NCBI GenBank assembly: GCA_951406725.2
Contig: OX597820.1
Coordinates: 71,176,001 to 71,240,000 of the forward strand
From: Octopus vulgaris
Taxonomy: Eukaryota
DNA length: 64,000 nucleotides
Reading direction: 5' to 3'
Positions within the stretch are counted from its first letter, which is position 1. Each line of letters opens with the position of its first letter. Below the pieces are notes generated by a model. It did no database searches. It was given only the letters and a program-made list of their open reading frames with translations, and was not told where the DNA came from. Below, piece by piece: positions 39,105 through 51,608 of this stretch. The position numbers and the translations under genes are program-made.

Positions 39105-39473
39105 GCAGGCACGTATGAAAGGCACTTTCATTTCTGACGAAGGATTGACCAACTTTTTTGTCTTCCTTCTACGAAGGAAGATAAGGTTAGAAAAGAAATG
39201 TCTGTTATCGGACAGATTCGGTAAAAGGTGGATGCAAGTGGATCGCATGTTGGGAATGAATGGTCCTACGGGAGTGCTATCCACGAAAAAGTTAAAACAA
39301 AAGGTTCAGTAGTGGAACGTGTCTTGCAGAGTCGGAACTGTTCCCCCACTGTGTTGTGATATGTCTGTCCCTTCATTCGTTTTATATTATCATAACATTT
39401 TTAGATACACTTTTGTGTAACAACATTCGATACCCAGACCCATTTGTACTGCCCCCTTGTGGTTGGAATAAAA
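39105..39473 (+). mobile_element. Tx1/L1-like 3' end (ORF2 C terminus, 3' UTR, AATAAA)
   Basis: FFVFLLRRKIRLEKKCLLSDRFGKRWMQV; UTR ends catttgtactgcccccttgtggttggaataaa. Confidence 0.6.
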
Positions 39474-39589
39474 TGTATTCGCTGTTTCTCCGTTCTGTTG
39501 ATGTATTATACTGTAAGTTGCTGGTTATTGTTAATTTAATTGTTGAATTTGCTGTTGTTTCATTTGTTGTGTGTTTTGTTTAAAAACAA

Positions 39590-41960
39590 AACACCTTGTT
39601 TTATCGTGTTTAGCAGAATTTTGAACGTTATTCCCCTCTTGGGGAGGGGAATTATTTATTGTCTTGTGCAAGGGCTTCTCTCCAATCCAAAAGAAAGAAA
39701 TATATGAGGAAACCAATTTTAAAATGCCTTCTGATAAAGTTTTGACCATGCCGTCGGGCGAAGAATTTTTGAACGGAAAAATTGTTGAAACAATTGAGTC
39801 TAATTTCGCTGCAGTAGCAAGACTAAAAAGGAAACCCTTAAACATGACAAATGAATAGTTAAACCAATTCAAAAATATATTCGAGAGGAAGATGTATGAT
39901 TTGAAAGCCACCTTCCTGAGTTAATTGAAAACACAACAACAAAAATTAATTGGTTTTAAATGTCTGAACATTAAAACTAAAAAGTTGGATAATGCGTGAA
40001 GAGGGGGTCGAGAAATGCTTGCAACCAATATGGTGGGACATTGCATTTATCACCAGAGGTCGCAAATTTGCAACCATTATCGTCCACCTAAAAAGTAAAG
40101 GGCGAAGGAGCTTTCAGTAATAGTACTGCTACCGACTTCACAGTGGAGGAAATTCCACCAGAAATAGATGTAACATGACTCTGCGCTGCTCTAATCATGG
40201 GCCTCGAGGATAAAATAACAATTCTCGAGGTTAGTAAAATAGAGCAGCAACATTGGAAGGAACAAGGGCTAGAGATCATGATTCAAGCAGCTCAACAAAC
40301 TCTTCAAGAGATAGTGGAAAACATCGTGATTAATGAGGAAACTACGTTGAGGGTGACGGTGGAGGGTAGAAGGCCACGGTGCTTCGAATGTGGGGGGGAA
40401 AAGGCCACATTCGAGTAAACTGCCCCGCCCTAAAAGAAGAAACAGCGCCGCCAGCAGAGTCTCCAGTAAAAATCATAAAAGAGGAGACCATACTATCAGC
40501 CAAAAACAAGGAAGACAAAGAAGGATGGACTAATGTAACCCATAAAAAGAAAAAAGTCCCTAAAAGAAAAACTGCCAACCTCACCCTTTCAACTTCCAGC
40601 TCTAGCAAAAGAAAAACACCCCCACCCGCAGACACACATGACCCCCCCCCCCCACTTCAACCAACCCAAACATGGACCCCCAAAAATCACCTGTAGAATG
40701 TACCCCTCCCAGTCCCGAAAAATATTTCCCCTCCCAACAAGAAACGAGCCTGATAGAAGTGAATGCTAACAACCAGGCATTAAAAAACTCCAACCGCAAA
40801 AGAATACACCAATCATTATACTATTCTACCGGAAGGAATTGTAATCTATGAAATCGACAGAGACAATTACAATTTATTGCATAGCTACCACTCGAAGAAC
40901 ATAGGCCCTCCAAGAATGGACATTTGCAAGTCCATGTACGAGGGAAGATAGAGAGAAGGGATTATAATCCCTTCTTCTTCAAAAGGTAAACCACATTTCA
41001 TGGTTTCACTCACAGATTTATCCACTCGGGGTGAGGAGAAACAGTAGGATATTTAAATTTCGTGGCCTCGGGTCGGATTGGAAGCAAGGTCGCTTTCTTA
41101 ATGACCTCAGGCCACATAGACTGGATGTGATAGTGGCCACAGAGACCAGACTGAATAGGTTGCGGGACTTTTCCCCACTCCTGAACTCCATGCCAACCGG
41201 GGGGGGGGGGGGTAGTGGTGTCACGATCCTACTCAGGGAAAAACCTGGTTTCCGAGACTAGAACAATCAGGCTGGTAGGTGTCCATGTCCACTGCGGGGC
41301 TGGATAATCTGCTTTTTTTAGACGCCTAGAAAATTTCCTAGGCACGTCTAACAATTTAGTACTGCTGGGTGACTTTAACACAATCTGCGATGCACGTGTA
41401 GATTGTGTTGGCTCAAATCCAAATAGAAGGGGAAAGCTATGCCTCGCTGATCTGCTTAGTCGCTTTCAGCTGGCAGATCGGTACAGACTAAAATTTTCGA
41501 ACGCTCCACTGTGGACCTGGACGAATAGCGACAGGTCTTCTAGATCTTATTTAAATAGAATTTTAGTTAGACGGAAAGACAAGGAGAAGCTAGATGTCCA
41601 CAATTCCACTTTGTTAACTACAGTGACCACAAACTTGTGTCCTGTAAGCTGGTTGTAGATAGGATATGTAGACAAGGCCCCGGTTACTGGAAAATTAACA
41701 GGTTGGTTTTGACCTGTGAGGAGTACAGGAAACGGATTAGAAAAGAAGGCTCTCATAGGCGCCATTATTAACAACAAATGGTGGAAGGCATTGGAGAAAG
41801 GTAGGGCAGCCCAAGTGTTGGCATCGAGATTGGCGCTCAACCAACACGTCCTATAATTAATACGAAGTTTGGATTGTCAGGTCGAAGTTTTGTGCAATGG
41901 GTCGACAAGGATCCAACGCTGTGAGATGGGACACTGTGGTAAACGAACCGGAGGAGATAT
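39590..41960 (+). mobile_element. Tx1/L1-clade LINE 5' half: decayed ORF1 with CCHC knuckle and APE endonuclease
   Basis: ORF1 from about 39723 (MPSDKVLT), PRCFECG/KGHIRVNCP across a G-run frameshift; ORF2 remnants FRGL, DVIVATET, LLGDFN, WTW, SYLNRILV, DHKLV, GPGYWK. Confidence 0.85.
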
Positions 41961-42011
41961 GCAAGGTTCTTTACGAGCTTTTCAGACAGCTTTGCAATGA
42001 CTGTACTACCG

Positions 42012-42190
42012 CTGTCAGCACTATGGCGACCAGAGCTCGCTCTGAGCACCATTGGGATGACTGACCCCCGCTAGGAGCCCACAGTCAGCGTTATGGCAAC
42101 CAGAGCTCGCTCTGATTGTTATTGGGATGACTGACCCCCGCTAGGAGCCCACTGTCAGCGCTATTGCGACCAGAGCTCGCTCTGAGCGCT
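42012..42190. repeat. 70-bp GC-rich tandem repeat, about 2.5 copies
   Basis: Units start at 42012, 42082 and 42152; each contains cagagctcgctctg. Confidence 0.92.
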
Positions 42191-42193
42191 ATA

Positions 42194-42240
<47 letters not shown>

Positions 42241-42691
42241 ATGTTTGTGTGTCTGTGATTGTCTCCACCCCCACCATTGCTTGACAACTGATGTTGGTAT
42301 AGCTGCAGTCAAATGACTGAAAAAGGTAAATGAGTAAAAGAGAATATATATCATATATATAGCTGAAGGATTAAAATTAATCAAAGGACATACTATGTAT
42401 GTGTACCTGCTAGAAATAACAGTCAAAATTCTTATGTAAATCACTGAAAATACACTGATAATAACTACAGAAATTACCCATCTGAGAGCAAACGGCTAAG
42501 ACAATCTCTCAGCATACATTCAAGTATTTGGACTTATGTGGACCAGTTTTTGGACTGGCATTATAGCCTCACCTTCCTGAGCATGCGTTACCTTGATGAA
42601 AAGCTCCAACCCATCATGTTGAAGTCTGCACTACAACTGATTTGTTTTGTGCTGAATCATGGCAGCCACCAGTGTGAAAATAATTTCAATA

Positions 42692-42927
42692 TGGAGCAAA
42701 TAATTCAGGAGAAAATATTACTGACTCTGCTATTATCTAGTGTAACAATTAAAAATGGTAATAACAGAATCAATAATATAGGCGATTGCAGACCTACAAA
42801 ACAGCATTAAATAGCTGAAGGATTAAACCTATATTATTGAATTTGTTATCGTTTTTATTTGTTACTCTAGATAATAATAGAGTCAATAATATCTTTGCAA
42901 ATATTTTCTCCTGAATTATTTGCTCCG
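42692..42927. mobile_element. TA-flanked fold-back MITE
   Basis: ta|tggagcaaataattcaggagaaaatatt ... aatattttctcctgaattatttgctccg|ta; pairing continues about 90 bp inward. Confidence 0.82.
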
Positions 42928-44084
42928 TATTATATATATATACTCATACACATGCATACACGCATGTTAGGTTTCTGTCACTTAATTTCATTGACAAGGT
43001 ACTCACTGACCAAAAGTTATGGAAGAATATACTTGCCCAAGATGCTACACAATGGAATTGAACATCAAACTATATGGCTGTGAGACAAAAGTTTTCATTC
43101 ACACAGCCATGCTTGCACTTTTCTTAGTGTATCGAAAAGGAAACAACTTTACAACGTCCATCTTTCTCCAAACTCTCTCCATTAAGGAATTGTATGCAAA
43201 ATTGAAAGTTAATGAAACACCCATAAATTTTGTTTTATTGTTGTTGCTTACAATAGTGTTGTTTCTACATTTCAGAACTTATCTGGGCCTTTTACGCATT
43301 AAGTACCATAATCATTCTCTTGAAAGGTTTATTGGAACCTCTCAAAAGAATGATTTTAGCACTTATGGCATTGTCCAGATGAATGATAGTGTAATATTAT
43401 CTTAAGGCAGGTCATAGCGAGAAGTTTCCAGAGGGCCCTGCATGTCAAAGGACCCAATTCAGATTTACTTTATTTGACAATATAAAAGATGCATGGTCAC
43501 ATTAGATGCACCCCAATTTCAACAGAGCATATTCAGGAGAAGGTGAACATCAAGGACAAACTTAACTAATGGGAGGCCAAACTTTAGACATAATTCCCAG
43601 GGGTGATTTTTTTAGGCAATTTTTAGGGGAAAAAGACATTGTATATGCCATTATAAATATAGTTTGTAATGTGACAAGGAGTCATTAACATGCTGGAGAA
43701 AATGCTTTGTGGTATTTCGTCCATCTTTGTGTTCTGAGTTCAAACACTGTTGAGGTCAACTTTGTCTTTCATCCTTTCTGAGCTGATGAAATAAGTATCA
43801 GTTGAGCACTGAGGCTGATGTAACTGACTAATATCCTTCCCCAAAAATTTCAGGCCTTGATCCTATTATAGAAGGGATTATAAATACAGTATAATATTCT
43901 GTGGTTTGCAGTCAATAGATATATATACAACAGGTCACAGTGAACTGCTTTGCCCATAGTAGTGGTGGGGCTTCAAGGCTGTAAAGGCAACTCTGTGACA
44001 GCGATGCTATAACTACTGATGAGCATACAACATAGATAGGATATTTTACATGTCCAACTTGTGTCTGATGCTGTACTTGATACT

Positions 44085-44508
44085 TGATGATAGTGATGAT
44101 GATTTTCTTCAACATTAGTATCCTGATATCTCCCTTATGCATCAAGACTGAAATCCATTCCACTTATGTTTATTCACCTGAAACTAATACTATAACGAAA
44201 TAACCCCCTATTCAATCTGATAATAGCTAATATTGGCTTTTCTATGCTGACAACAGTTAAGAAAATTGTCGAACAATCTTTCTCTGTTTCTAGTTGATAG
44301 ATGACGATACTCTTCAATATTTGTACCTTAATGCTGATATCTCCGTTATGCATCAACAGTGAAATCCATTCCCCAAATTTTCATTCACTTGAAACTAATA
44401 CTATAATCAAATAACCCCTATTCATTGATTATAACTGATATTAGTTTTTTTTTTCATCTATGCCAATATGAGTTGAGAAAATTGCAGAACAATCTTTTGC
44501 TGTCTCTA
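44085..44508. repeat. Diverged ~211-bp tandem duplication
   Basis: ctgatatctcc.ttatgcatcaa..tgaaatccattcc, gaaactaatactataa and gaacaatcttt each occur twice. Confidence 0.85.
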
Positions 44509-44744
44509 AATGTCATCTTAGAAAAGTATAGCTTTTTAAGATAAGATTTTGATGACACCTTTAACCTATGACTTTAAATTATTTGCTTCTTGGTTGCCAA
44601 CTATTAATAGTTAATGACATTTTTTGATCGAGCTTATCCTCCATTTTCAGTTGCATCACTTTCCTATTCTCTACAACACTTCCCCTACATTTTTTTTTTT
44701 TTTTTTCTTGTTGAAAAAGGTAGCCACTGCAAGCCTGTTGATGT

Positions 44745-45135
44745 TATTGAGGTTGACATCATTAATGTTCCTCGTGAAGAATTACAAGGGAATGGCTGTA
44801 GGAATGCATAGGAAGGGAGCAAATTCCAGAGGGGGAAGAAAGGAATAAATGTAAGGGTTTGGTGTGATGGAGAACATAACAAGTGAGAGGATGAGGGGAG
44901 GTGAGTGAGTGGAGGGAGTATAAGACCAGCAAAGGGCAGAAGTCACTATGTAATAGCAGTAAAAAAAGACAGTGAGGAGACAGCGCAATCTGTGGGTCAA
45001 AGGTTGGAGTATGTTGGTGAGGGGATTCATGCCAATCAGTCTGAGGTGGGTATAGGGCTTTCTTTGGATGCAGTCTAAGAGGTCTTTACATGTAGCAATA
45101 GTGTTGTCCCAAGTGTGAGAACAGTACTCTGAGTA
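44745..45135 (-). mobile_element. CR1-group LINE ORF2 3' fragment
   Basis: EYCSHTWD...LLDCIQRK...LTNILQPLTHR...FFYCYY. Confidence 0.7.
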
Positions 45136-46379
45136 CTACTTTAGCCATTTAGTAAAATAAGCATTTGCTTTAGGGCACCAAGGGAAAAGGAACACTACAG
45201 AAATGGTAAATGGTTTATGGTACAAATGAAATCACATTAAAATTGTTAAATGATATTCAAAGTGGTTTATATGATTGGAAATATAATTTTGAAGTGTTCA
45301 TGGTGTCGTAGTGAGGATCTGGTCAAAGAATTTGCTATTAAAAAATGCTGGAGTAAACTTTTCATATATAAATAAAGTGGAAGTATACAAAAATAAACAT
45401 TATTTTCCATCTTACTGAAAGTTTTGTTTCATTTTGAAATGGCAGAAATAGCAGCCAAATATTCCTAAAATTACACCCTTTTATCTAAGAAGAGGGATTC
45501 GAACTAAGAGTGCAAAGAGCCAGGACATACACTGCAAAGTATTTTCTCCATTACTCCAAAAATTTTGTGACTTCATCACCTATTTGCAAATTTGAATAAT
45601 TACTGATGTCATTAGTAGAAAAGTTATAATTTATTTTCTTTCTCCTTCAGCTAACTTACTAATTAAAAAATAATTAAGTATCTATCTGAAAGCCGGCATT
45701 CATGAATGCAATTTGTCAAGCTTTTTAAAAACTGACAACTTAAAAACAAAAAATATTCGATTTCAAATATTTTAATTTTACACTTTTCTTTTTAAATGTT
45801 GTTGTTGTTGTTTTTTAGCCCTAAGTCAGCCCTTATCAAGCAGACTTATGATCAAAGTCATTCCAAATGCAACTATCTCTCCTTTCTTTAGGGATGTGTA
45901 AAAATACAATGTCTAATGAGGTCCTTCATTTAAGATGTTAGCGTGTGATTTGAGGGAGCTTTAACTGCTCTTTTAAGCAGATTACTGTTTACTCTTAGCT
46001 TGACTCTGACAAAATTGACCTACAATAAAAAGAATACCAGCCTTGATTTTTTCTTTTCTTTTATTTGTTTCGGACATTGGACTGTGGCCTTGCTGGGGCA
46101 CCACCTCAAAGAGCTTAATTGAACAAATCAACACCACTATTTATTTTTAAGTCTGGTACTTTTCTATCAATCTGTTTTGCCAAAATGCTAAGTTATGGGG
46201 ATGTAAACAAACCAACACCAGTCATCAAGCAATAATGGAGGACAAACACAAAATATGGTTAAGAAGTTTACTTTGCAACCACATGGTTTTAGGTTCAGTC
46301 CCAATATACAATACCTTGGGTAAGTGTCTTCTGCTATAGCAATTTGGTTGGCAGAAATTGCATGAAATGCCATCACACC

Positions 46380-46566
46380 AGTTTCATCCTGTCTCCACCT
46401 CATAACACTTCAAACTTTATTTTCTCTCTCTGTTTATTTGTGTGTTCCTTTCTGTCGAAGAGCGTAGGCTTGAAACATAAAAGACTTTCTCACTTCCCAA
46501 GTGTTAAACTAATACAACTGTTTGTTGTTTACACACCTGTCTTCGTGCTTTGCTTTTTGTAAATTC

Positions 46567-46570
<4 letters not shown>
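46380..46570 (+). mobile_element. Penelope-like pLTR fragment with a degenerate hammerhead (46448-46483)
   Basis: cuuu-CUGUCGA-a-gagc gua ggcuu-GAAA-ca-UA^-aaag; same layout as 21043; ends in (TA)n. Confidence 0.6.
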
Positions 46571-46600
<30 letters not shown>

Positions 46601-46605
<5 letters not shown>

Positions 46606-46814
46606 TTAAAAGCAGCAGAAATATAACAAAAGCTGTTACTCAGAGTTTCACGTTCCCGTTTGTCAGACAGTTTTGTTGAACAAAACTGTCTGACGAATGG
46701 AAACATGAAACTCTGAGTAACAGCTTTTGTTATATTTCTGCTGCTTTTAAATAAAGCATATTACTCTACCTTTGGTATATGAGTACTCTTTTTTCCACCT
46801 TGTTTCACTCTGGC

Positions 46815-46816
<2 letters not shown>
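46601..46816 (+). mobile_element. Penelope-like fold-back element: 155-bp palindrome plus tail, in (TA)n
   Basis: 77-bp arms 46601-46677 / 46679-46755 with a 1-nt spacer; about 60-nt tail. Confidence 0.82.
46686..46723 (+). ncRNA. Type I hammerhead candidate, canonical core
   Basis: cugu-CUGACGA-au ggaaac au-GAAA-cucugag-UA^-acag; the mirror copy on minus 46633-46670 has CUGACAA and stem II acgggaacgu. Confidence 0.75.
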
Positions 46817-46873
<57 letters not shown>

Positions 46874-46875
<2 letters not shown>

Positions 46876-48177
46876 GAGAATTGGGCAGAGAGGACAGACG
46901 TTTTTTGAAATAGCTATTTCTCAGCCCCAGTGGGAGGGACATATTTCTGACAGGTATCATTCAGTCCGTGGTGTTTTAGCATTTTCTTTTCTTTTCAGGT
47001 GAAGCCATGGTATTATGGACGATAGAGCATCACGTGTTTGCCTGTCACAGCAGTTCAGTGTGAGTTTTGGTGCCACTTCAACATTCACTGTAATCAGGCT
47101 GTTCTCACTCATAACACAATCTTACATTGAGTGAATGCACTTCATACATGTGGTATACGAATTAACAGGAGACCAGTGGGTCCACCACAATTAGTACAGA
47201 CCCTGGAGAATGTGGAACACATCAGACAAGCTTTGATACAGATTATGAATCGGTCTGCTCAGAGGCATTCTACTGAACTTGGCATTGGTAATTGATCAGT
47301 ACAGCATATTTTGCATGAAGACCTGCATTTCTACCCATACAAATTGGTCATTGGGCAACAGTTGAAACCATGGGACTATGTACAGTGGCTTAAGTTTGAA
47401 TGTCAAATAGAAGCAATTTTTGAGGCAAATCACAACTTCATTTTGTTAATGAGTGACGAAACTAATTTTCATCTCAATGGCATGATGAATCAATAGAACT
47501 GTTGTTATCGGGCTTTTGAAAATCTGAGAGAACTGCATAAACTGCATGGCCCAAAAGTTATGGTCTGGTGTGCTGTTGGAAAAGCTGCCGTTGTTGGTCC
47601 TTGCTTTTTTGAAGACAATAATAGAAATGCTGTTACTGTGAACTCTGAACATTGAGATGATAAACAACTTCTTTGTTCCTGAATTATGATGAAAATGTAT
47701 GCCTATTCGATGTGTGTGGTTTCAGCAGGATGGGGCAACATCCCACACAGCCAGAGCATCAACGGACGTTTTTTGCCCTCTCTTTGGTGACTACCTCATT
47801 TCCAGATTTGCTGACATTCCTTGACCCTCTCAGTCTCCTGATTTGTCCATGTGAGATTATTTCTTGTGGGGAAACCATAAGGCACATGTGTATGTGTGTA
47901 AGCCCCATACATTGGACAAGTTGAAGGAAGCTATTTGCGTGGAAGTCGCCCAGATCGACAGAGCAATGCTGGGGAGAGTGGAGGCCAATTTCCAAGAACA
48001 CCTTCAGAAATGTGTCAATGAAAACTGACACCACATAATGAATGTTGTTTTCCACACTTGAATTTTCACAAATGCTAATTCAATATAAACACATTGATGT
48101 CAATTAAATTTGATTGCAGCTAAAATTAATGATTTTGTGAATTTTTCAAAAACGTCCATCTTCTCTGCCCCACCCTA
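46874..48177 (+). mobile_element. DD41D (rosa/Visitor-type) Tc1/mariner transposon, decayed
   Basis: TIRs ..gggcagagaggacagacgttttttgaaa / tttcaaaaacgtccatcttctctgccccaccct; about 1.3 kb. Confidence 0.88.
47007..48061 (+). pseudogene. DD41D transposase pseudogene
   Basis: DLHFYPYK, MSDETNFHLNG, KVMVWCAV, GPCFF, FQQDGATSH, SPDLS..DYFLWG; 41 codons between QQD and DYF. Confidence 0.9.
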
Positions 48178-49139
48178 TATGTATACATAGATTTATGTAT
48201 GAATATGTATGTATGCATGTCTGTATGCTTGTATGAATGTATGTATGATTTTTCTTTGAGTTTTATTTTGTGTTCTTCTTGAGAGAATTCAAACAACAAG
48301 ACATTTGGGGTTACGAGAAATGTCTATTTATGTATGTACATGTGCATGCGTATGTCTATATATCTTTGCAGTTGTGTTTGTCCCCTCCACTGCTTGACAA
48401 CTCGTATTGGCTTGTTTACATCCTCGTAACTTAGTGGTTTAGCAAAAGAGACTAATGGAATAAGTACCAGACTTAAAAAGATATGTACTAGGGTCAATTC
48501 CTCCAACTAAACCCTTTAAGACCGTGATCCAACTTGACCACAGTTGAGGTCTATAAAATAAAGCACCATTCAAGTGCTGGGGTCAATGTAATTGACTAAC
48601 TTTCCCTCCGGCAGCAGCAGCGGTGGCAGTGGCAGCGGTGGCAGTGGCAGCAGTGGTGGTAATGTTGATGGCGGCAGTGGCTGCAGCAGAGGTGGTTGTG
48701 GTGGTGGTTAATAAATAAAGAAATACAAATAACATCATTAAATTCTGGCCCTAAAAGTTGATGGTAATCTGTTAGTTATAGATAGTAAAGAATTTATCAA
48801 CAGCAAATGAAACAATAAAATATGTTAACAATACAAATTAAATTTGAAAACAAACCAAAAATAGTGGTGACTACCACAGTGTTTCTGATATGGATGTCTG
48901 TTGTTGAGTAGGGTGTGGATAACTTGTCATGCTTAATGAAACAAAGATGGTTTTCAAGAATGAAAAATTATATTTAATCAAGACATGTATACAACATTGT
49001 GGGTGAACAAATTGAACTTAGGATATAAACTCAGAGCAGAAAAGGGAACATTGAGCAATTAGAAGAAAACTGTAAACAGAGAAATCAATCTCTGTTGTCA
49101 ATCTAAAACTCAATAACTATTTTGTTCCTGCTTTTCATT

Positions 49140-49393
49140 CATGGCTTTTTGGATTTGATTTGCAAGATTCTTTATGTGAGTTCGTGTGTTGAAGCATAAT
49201 CTGTTGTGTCTGGGAGAGTCATTTTCTTTTTGTGCCTCAATAGTCTTGGGTTAAGACTATAGAAAGTTGCAAGACGCAACGAACATTTTAGGAAAATAAA
49301 AATAAGAAATAAGTGGAAGTTTTACCAGTGAGTGTGTTAAATTATAACGCACAAAAAGAAAATGACTCTCCCCAGATACAACAGAATTTATGG
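49140..49393. mobile_element. Fold-back element remnant
   Basis: 36-bp inverted arms 49200-49235 / 49349-49385; left part related to 51845-51930. Confidence 0.55.
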
Positions 49394-49447
49394 CTTTATT
49401 AAAATGTAGAACTCACTGCTGAATGTGATCTGCAGCTTTGTCTACAA

Positions 49448-49700
49448 CAGTGGTACCATTTTCTACCTATGAACCCCTTTGGTTCCTATTTTAGTCTACT
49501 ATACCCTATAACCATTTAATGTTTTGAAAAAAATCCTATTGTATTTTTATAATTAAATATTAAAAAGAAATATATTTTGAAATATTGCTAAAATATTTTA
49601 TGCATTGTAGAAATATAACCAATTCATTTTATGTAAACTTTAGCCACAAAAATCTTATATGGTCCCCCAAGGGTTATTGAACCTTGGCTGGGAACCACTG
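49448..49700. mobile_element. Old hAT/Charlie-like MITE
   Basis: Ends cagtggtacc / gggaaccactg; TSD not preserved. Confidence 0.45.
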
Positions 49701-51097
49701 CACTATAGCTTTGTCATCAGTTTTGGCAGTTCCTAAGTCTTGAGTGACAAAGCAGAACTGAACCCATATGCAAAATGCCGAATTAAATGAAATGAAGACA
49801 CAATTTTGAGCAATTAGATGAAAACTGTAAACAGTGAAATCAATCTCTGTTGTCAATCTCAATAACTCAATAACTTAAAAGATATCTTTTAAGGGTTAAA
49901 TCTACAAATGTAGATCAAGTTCTTAGTGTGCTTAATAGACAAGACTTATTTTTAAAAGCTAAAAGTTTTATCCTGTAAAGCAGTTTCAATGAAATGTACT
50001 TTCTCTTTCTGTCACGCCTTCTGAAATACCATCTTGCACCCCAGTCTTATGAACTTAGAATCTCTTTCACATTATATTTTCAGTAGGTCATGAAGGCAGA
50101 TGTTGAAAGAAACACTTATTCAAATATTTTAACAACACATATAAAAGTGAATAATATTTAAATCATCTAAATAAGCACATTGCTATTTAAGACATGTAAA
50201 TAAAATATAACACAAATCTATAACACAAATAAAATACATATTATGGAGATATAAGATTGCATATTTTATAAACTGCCAAAACTTCTATAATTTATTGTCA
50301 GAAACAATCTCGATACATAGGTGCTTCTTATTCAATAATCTTCAACCAAGAATATCTTTGATTACTTATTCAAGTTGTTGTTTAGGTTTATTCAAGTTAA
50401 ATTTATCTATTGCAGACTTTCTATCTATTGTATCTGAAATCGATGTTTATAAGAATATTTCCAAAGACTTATCAAAAACTGATCCTGGCAAAATATGTTA
50501 CTTATCTAAATATACAGCCATCATCTATTTTTGTAGCTTTCCTTTGCCTGTGAAATAAACCTTTGTTATCTTTAAGCTTAAAATATTGTTAAGCTGTGCA
50601 GTATATATATATATACTTTGGCTTAATTCACTACCAAGGTCAGACTTGTATTTCCCTCTGCGATGCAATATGTTTCATGCAAGAGAGAATAACGGTGTTT
50701 ACAGAGATTTAACCCATTACACCAGCTTATTGAGGAAGAGCTAGTTAATACTGGCTTAGGAGATATTAACTTACTGTGTGTACATAAGACGTTATTCAAA
50801 GAAATAAAATAAACATGTTTTTCCTTAAAATCTTACATGCTAATATTAAATAGCTGGTGTACAAAAATACAAACTTCTTTCATTGCTTCTTGCTTATTTA
50901 AGAACATTCATAGACATCCACAGCTATTTGGGTGGTAGTAATTAAAAGCTGATTTCATAGTTTATAATTACGCTAAAAAACTTTAATTTTGAAATGGAAA
51001 AGTGAAGAAAATTATTAAAAAATCAGCTATTACTAAATTACTTTATATAAAAGGTTTCTCTTATTACAAAATCGCAGGAAGACATTAATCAAGTTTA

Positions 51098-51608
51098 TTA
51101 TTTAATTATGTACTAAAACATAATTCTCTAATAAGTAACTGATTGTATGTAACTAACTTGAGTTTATTGATAAAGACAAATTAATTTTCTTTATTCTTAT
51201 ACTAGAAAATTTGTAATTGAGATATCTTAAATGTTTAATCACTCATCAAGTAGTCCTTGGTGTTGCATTAAAATAGAAACCTATTATGTGCTAAGGAAAA
51301 TTACTTAAATCTGGTAATTTATGTTGGCAAGTTGCTGCTAGCAGTTAATCATTCATTCTTAGTGAAGGGAATTATTCTTGTAAGTATTGTAAGACATGAA
51401 AAACTAATAGAATAAAAGAAAAATAAGAAATAATCTTTATAATAAAATAATCTTGAAGACAATATAAGAACTTTTTTTGTTGTTTATTTTTATATAATGA
51501 GCATCTTTTCAAATATGTAGTAAGCATAATTTGTTGTCTTATCAATAGACTGAAGTAACACAATCAGTCACTCATTAGGGAATTATGTTTTAGTACATAA
51601 TTAAGTAA
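51098..51608. repeat. Old inverted repeat, ~85-bp arms
   Basis: taattatgtactaaaacataatt.ctaat..gt.actgattgt (51100-51150) pairs with 51560-51604. Confidence 0.7.

Noticed and set aside
43276-43410. Plus-strand coding exon after a good acceptor
   Set aside because: All frames stop, the donor is weak, and no protein is recognisable.
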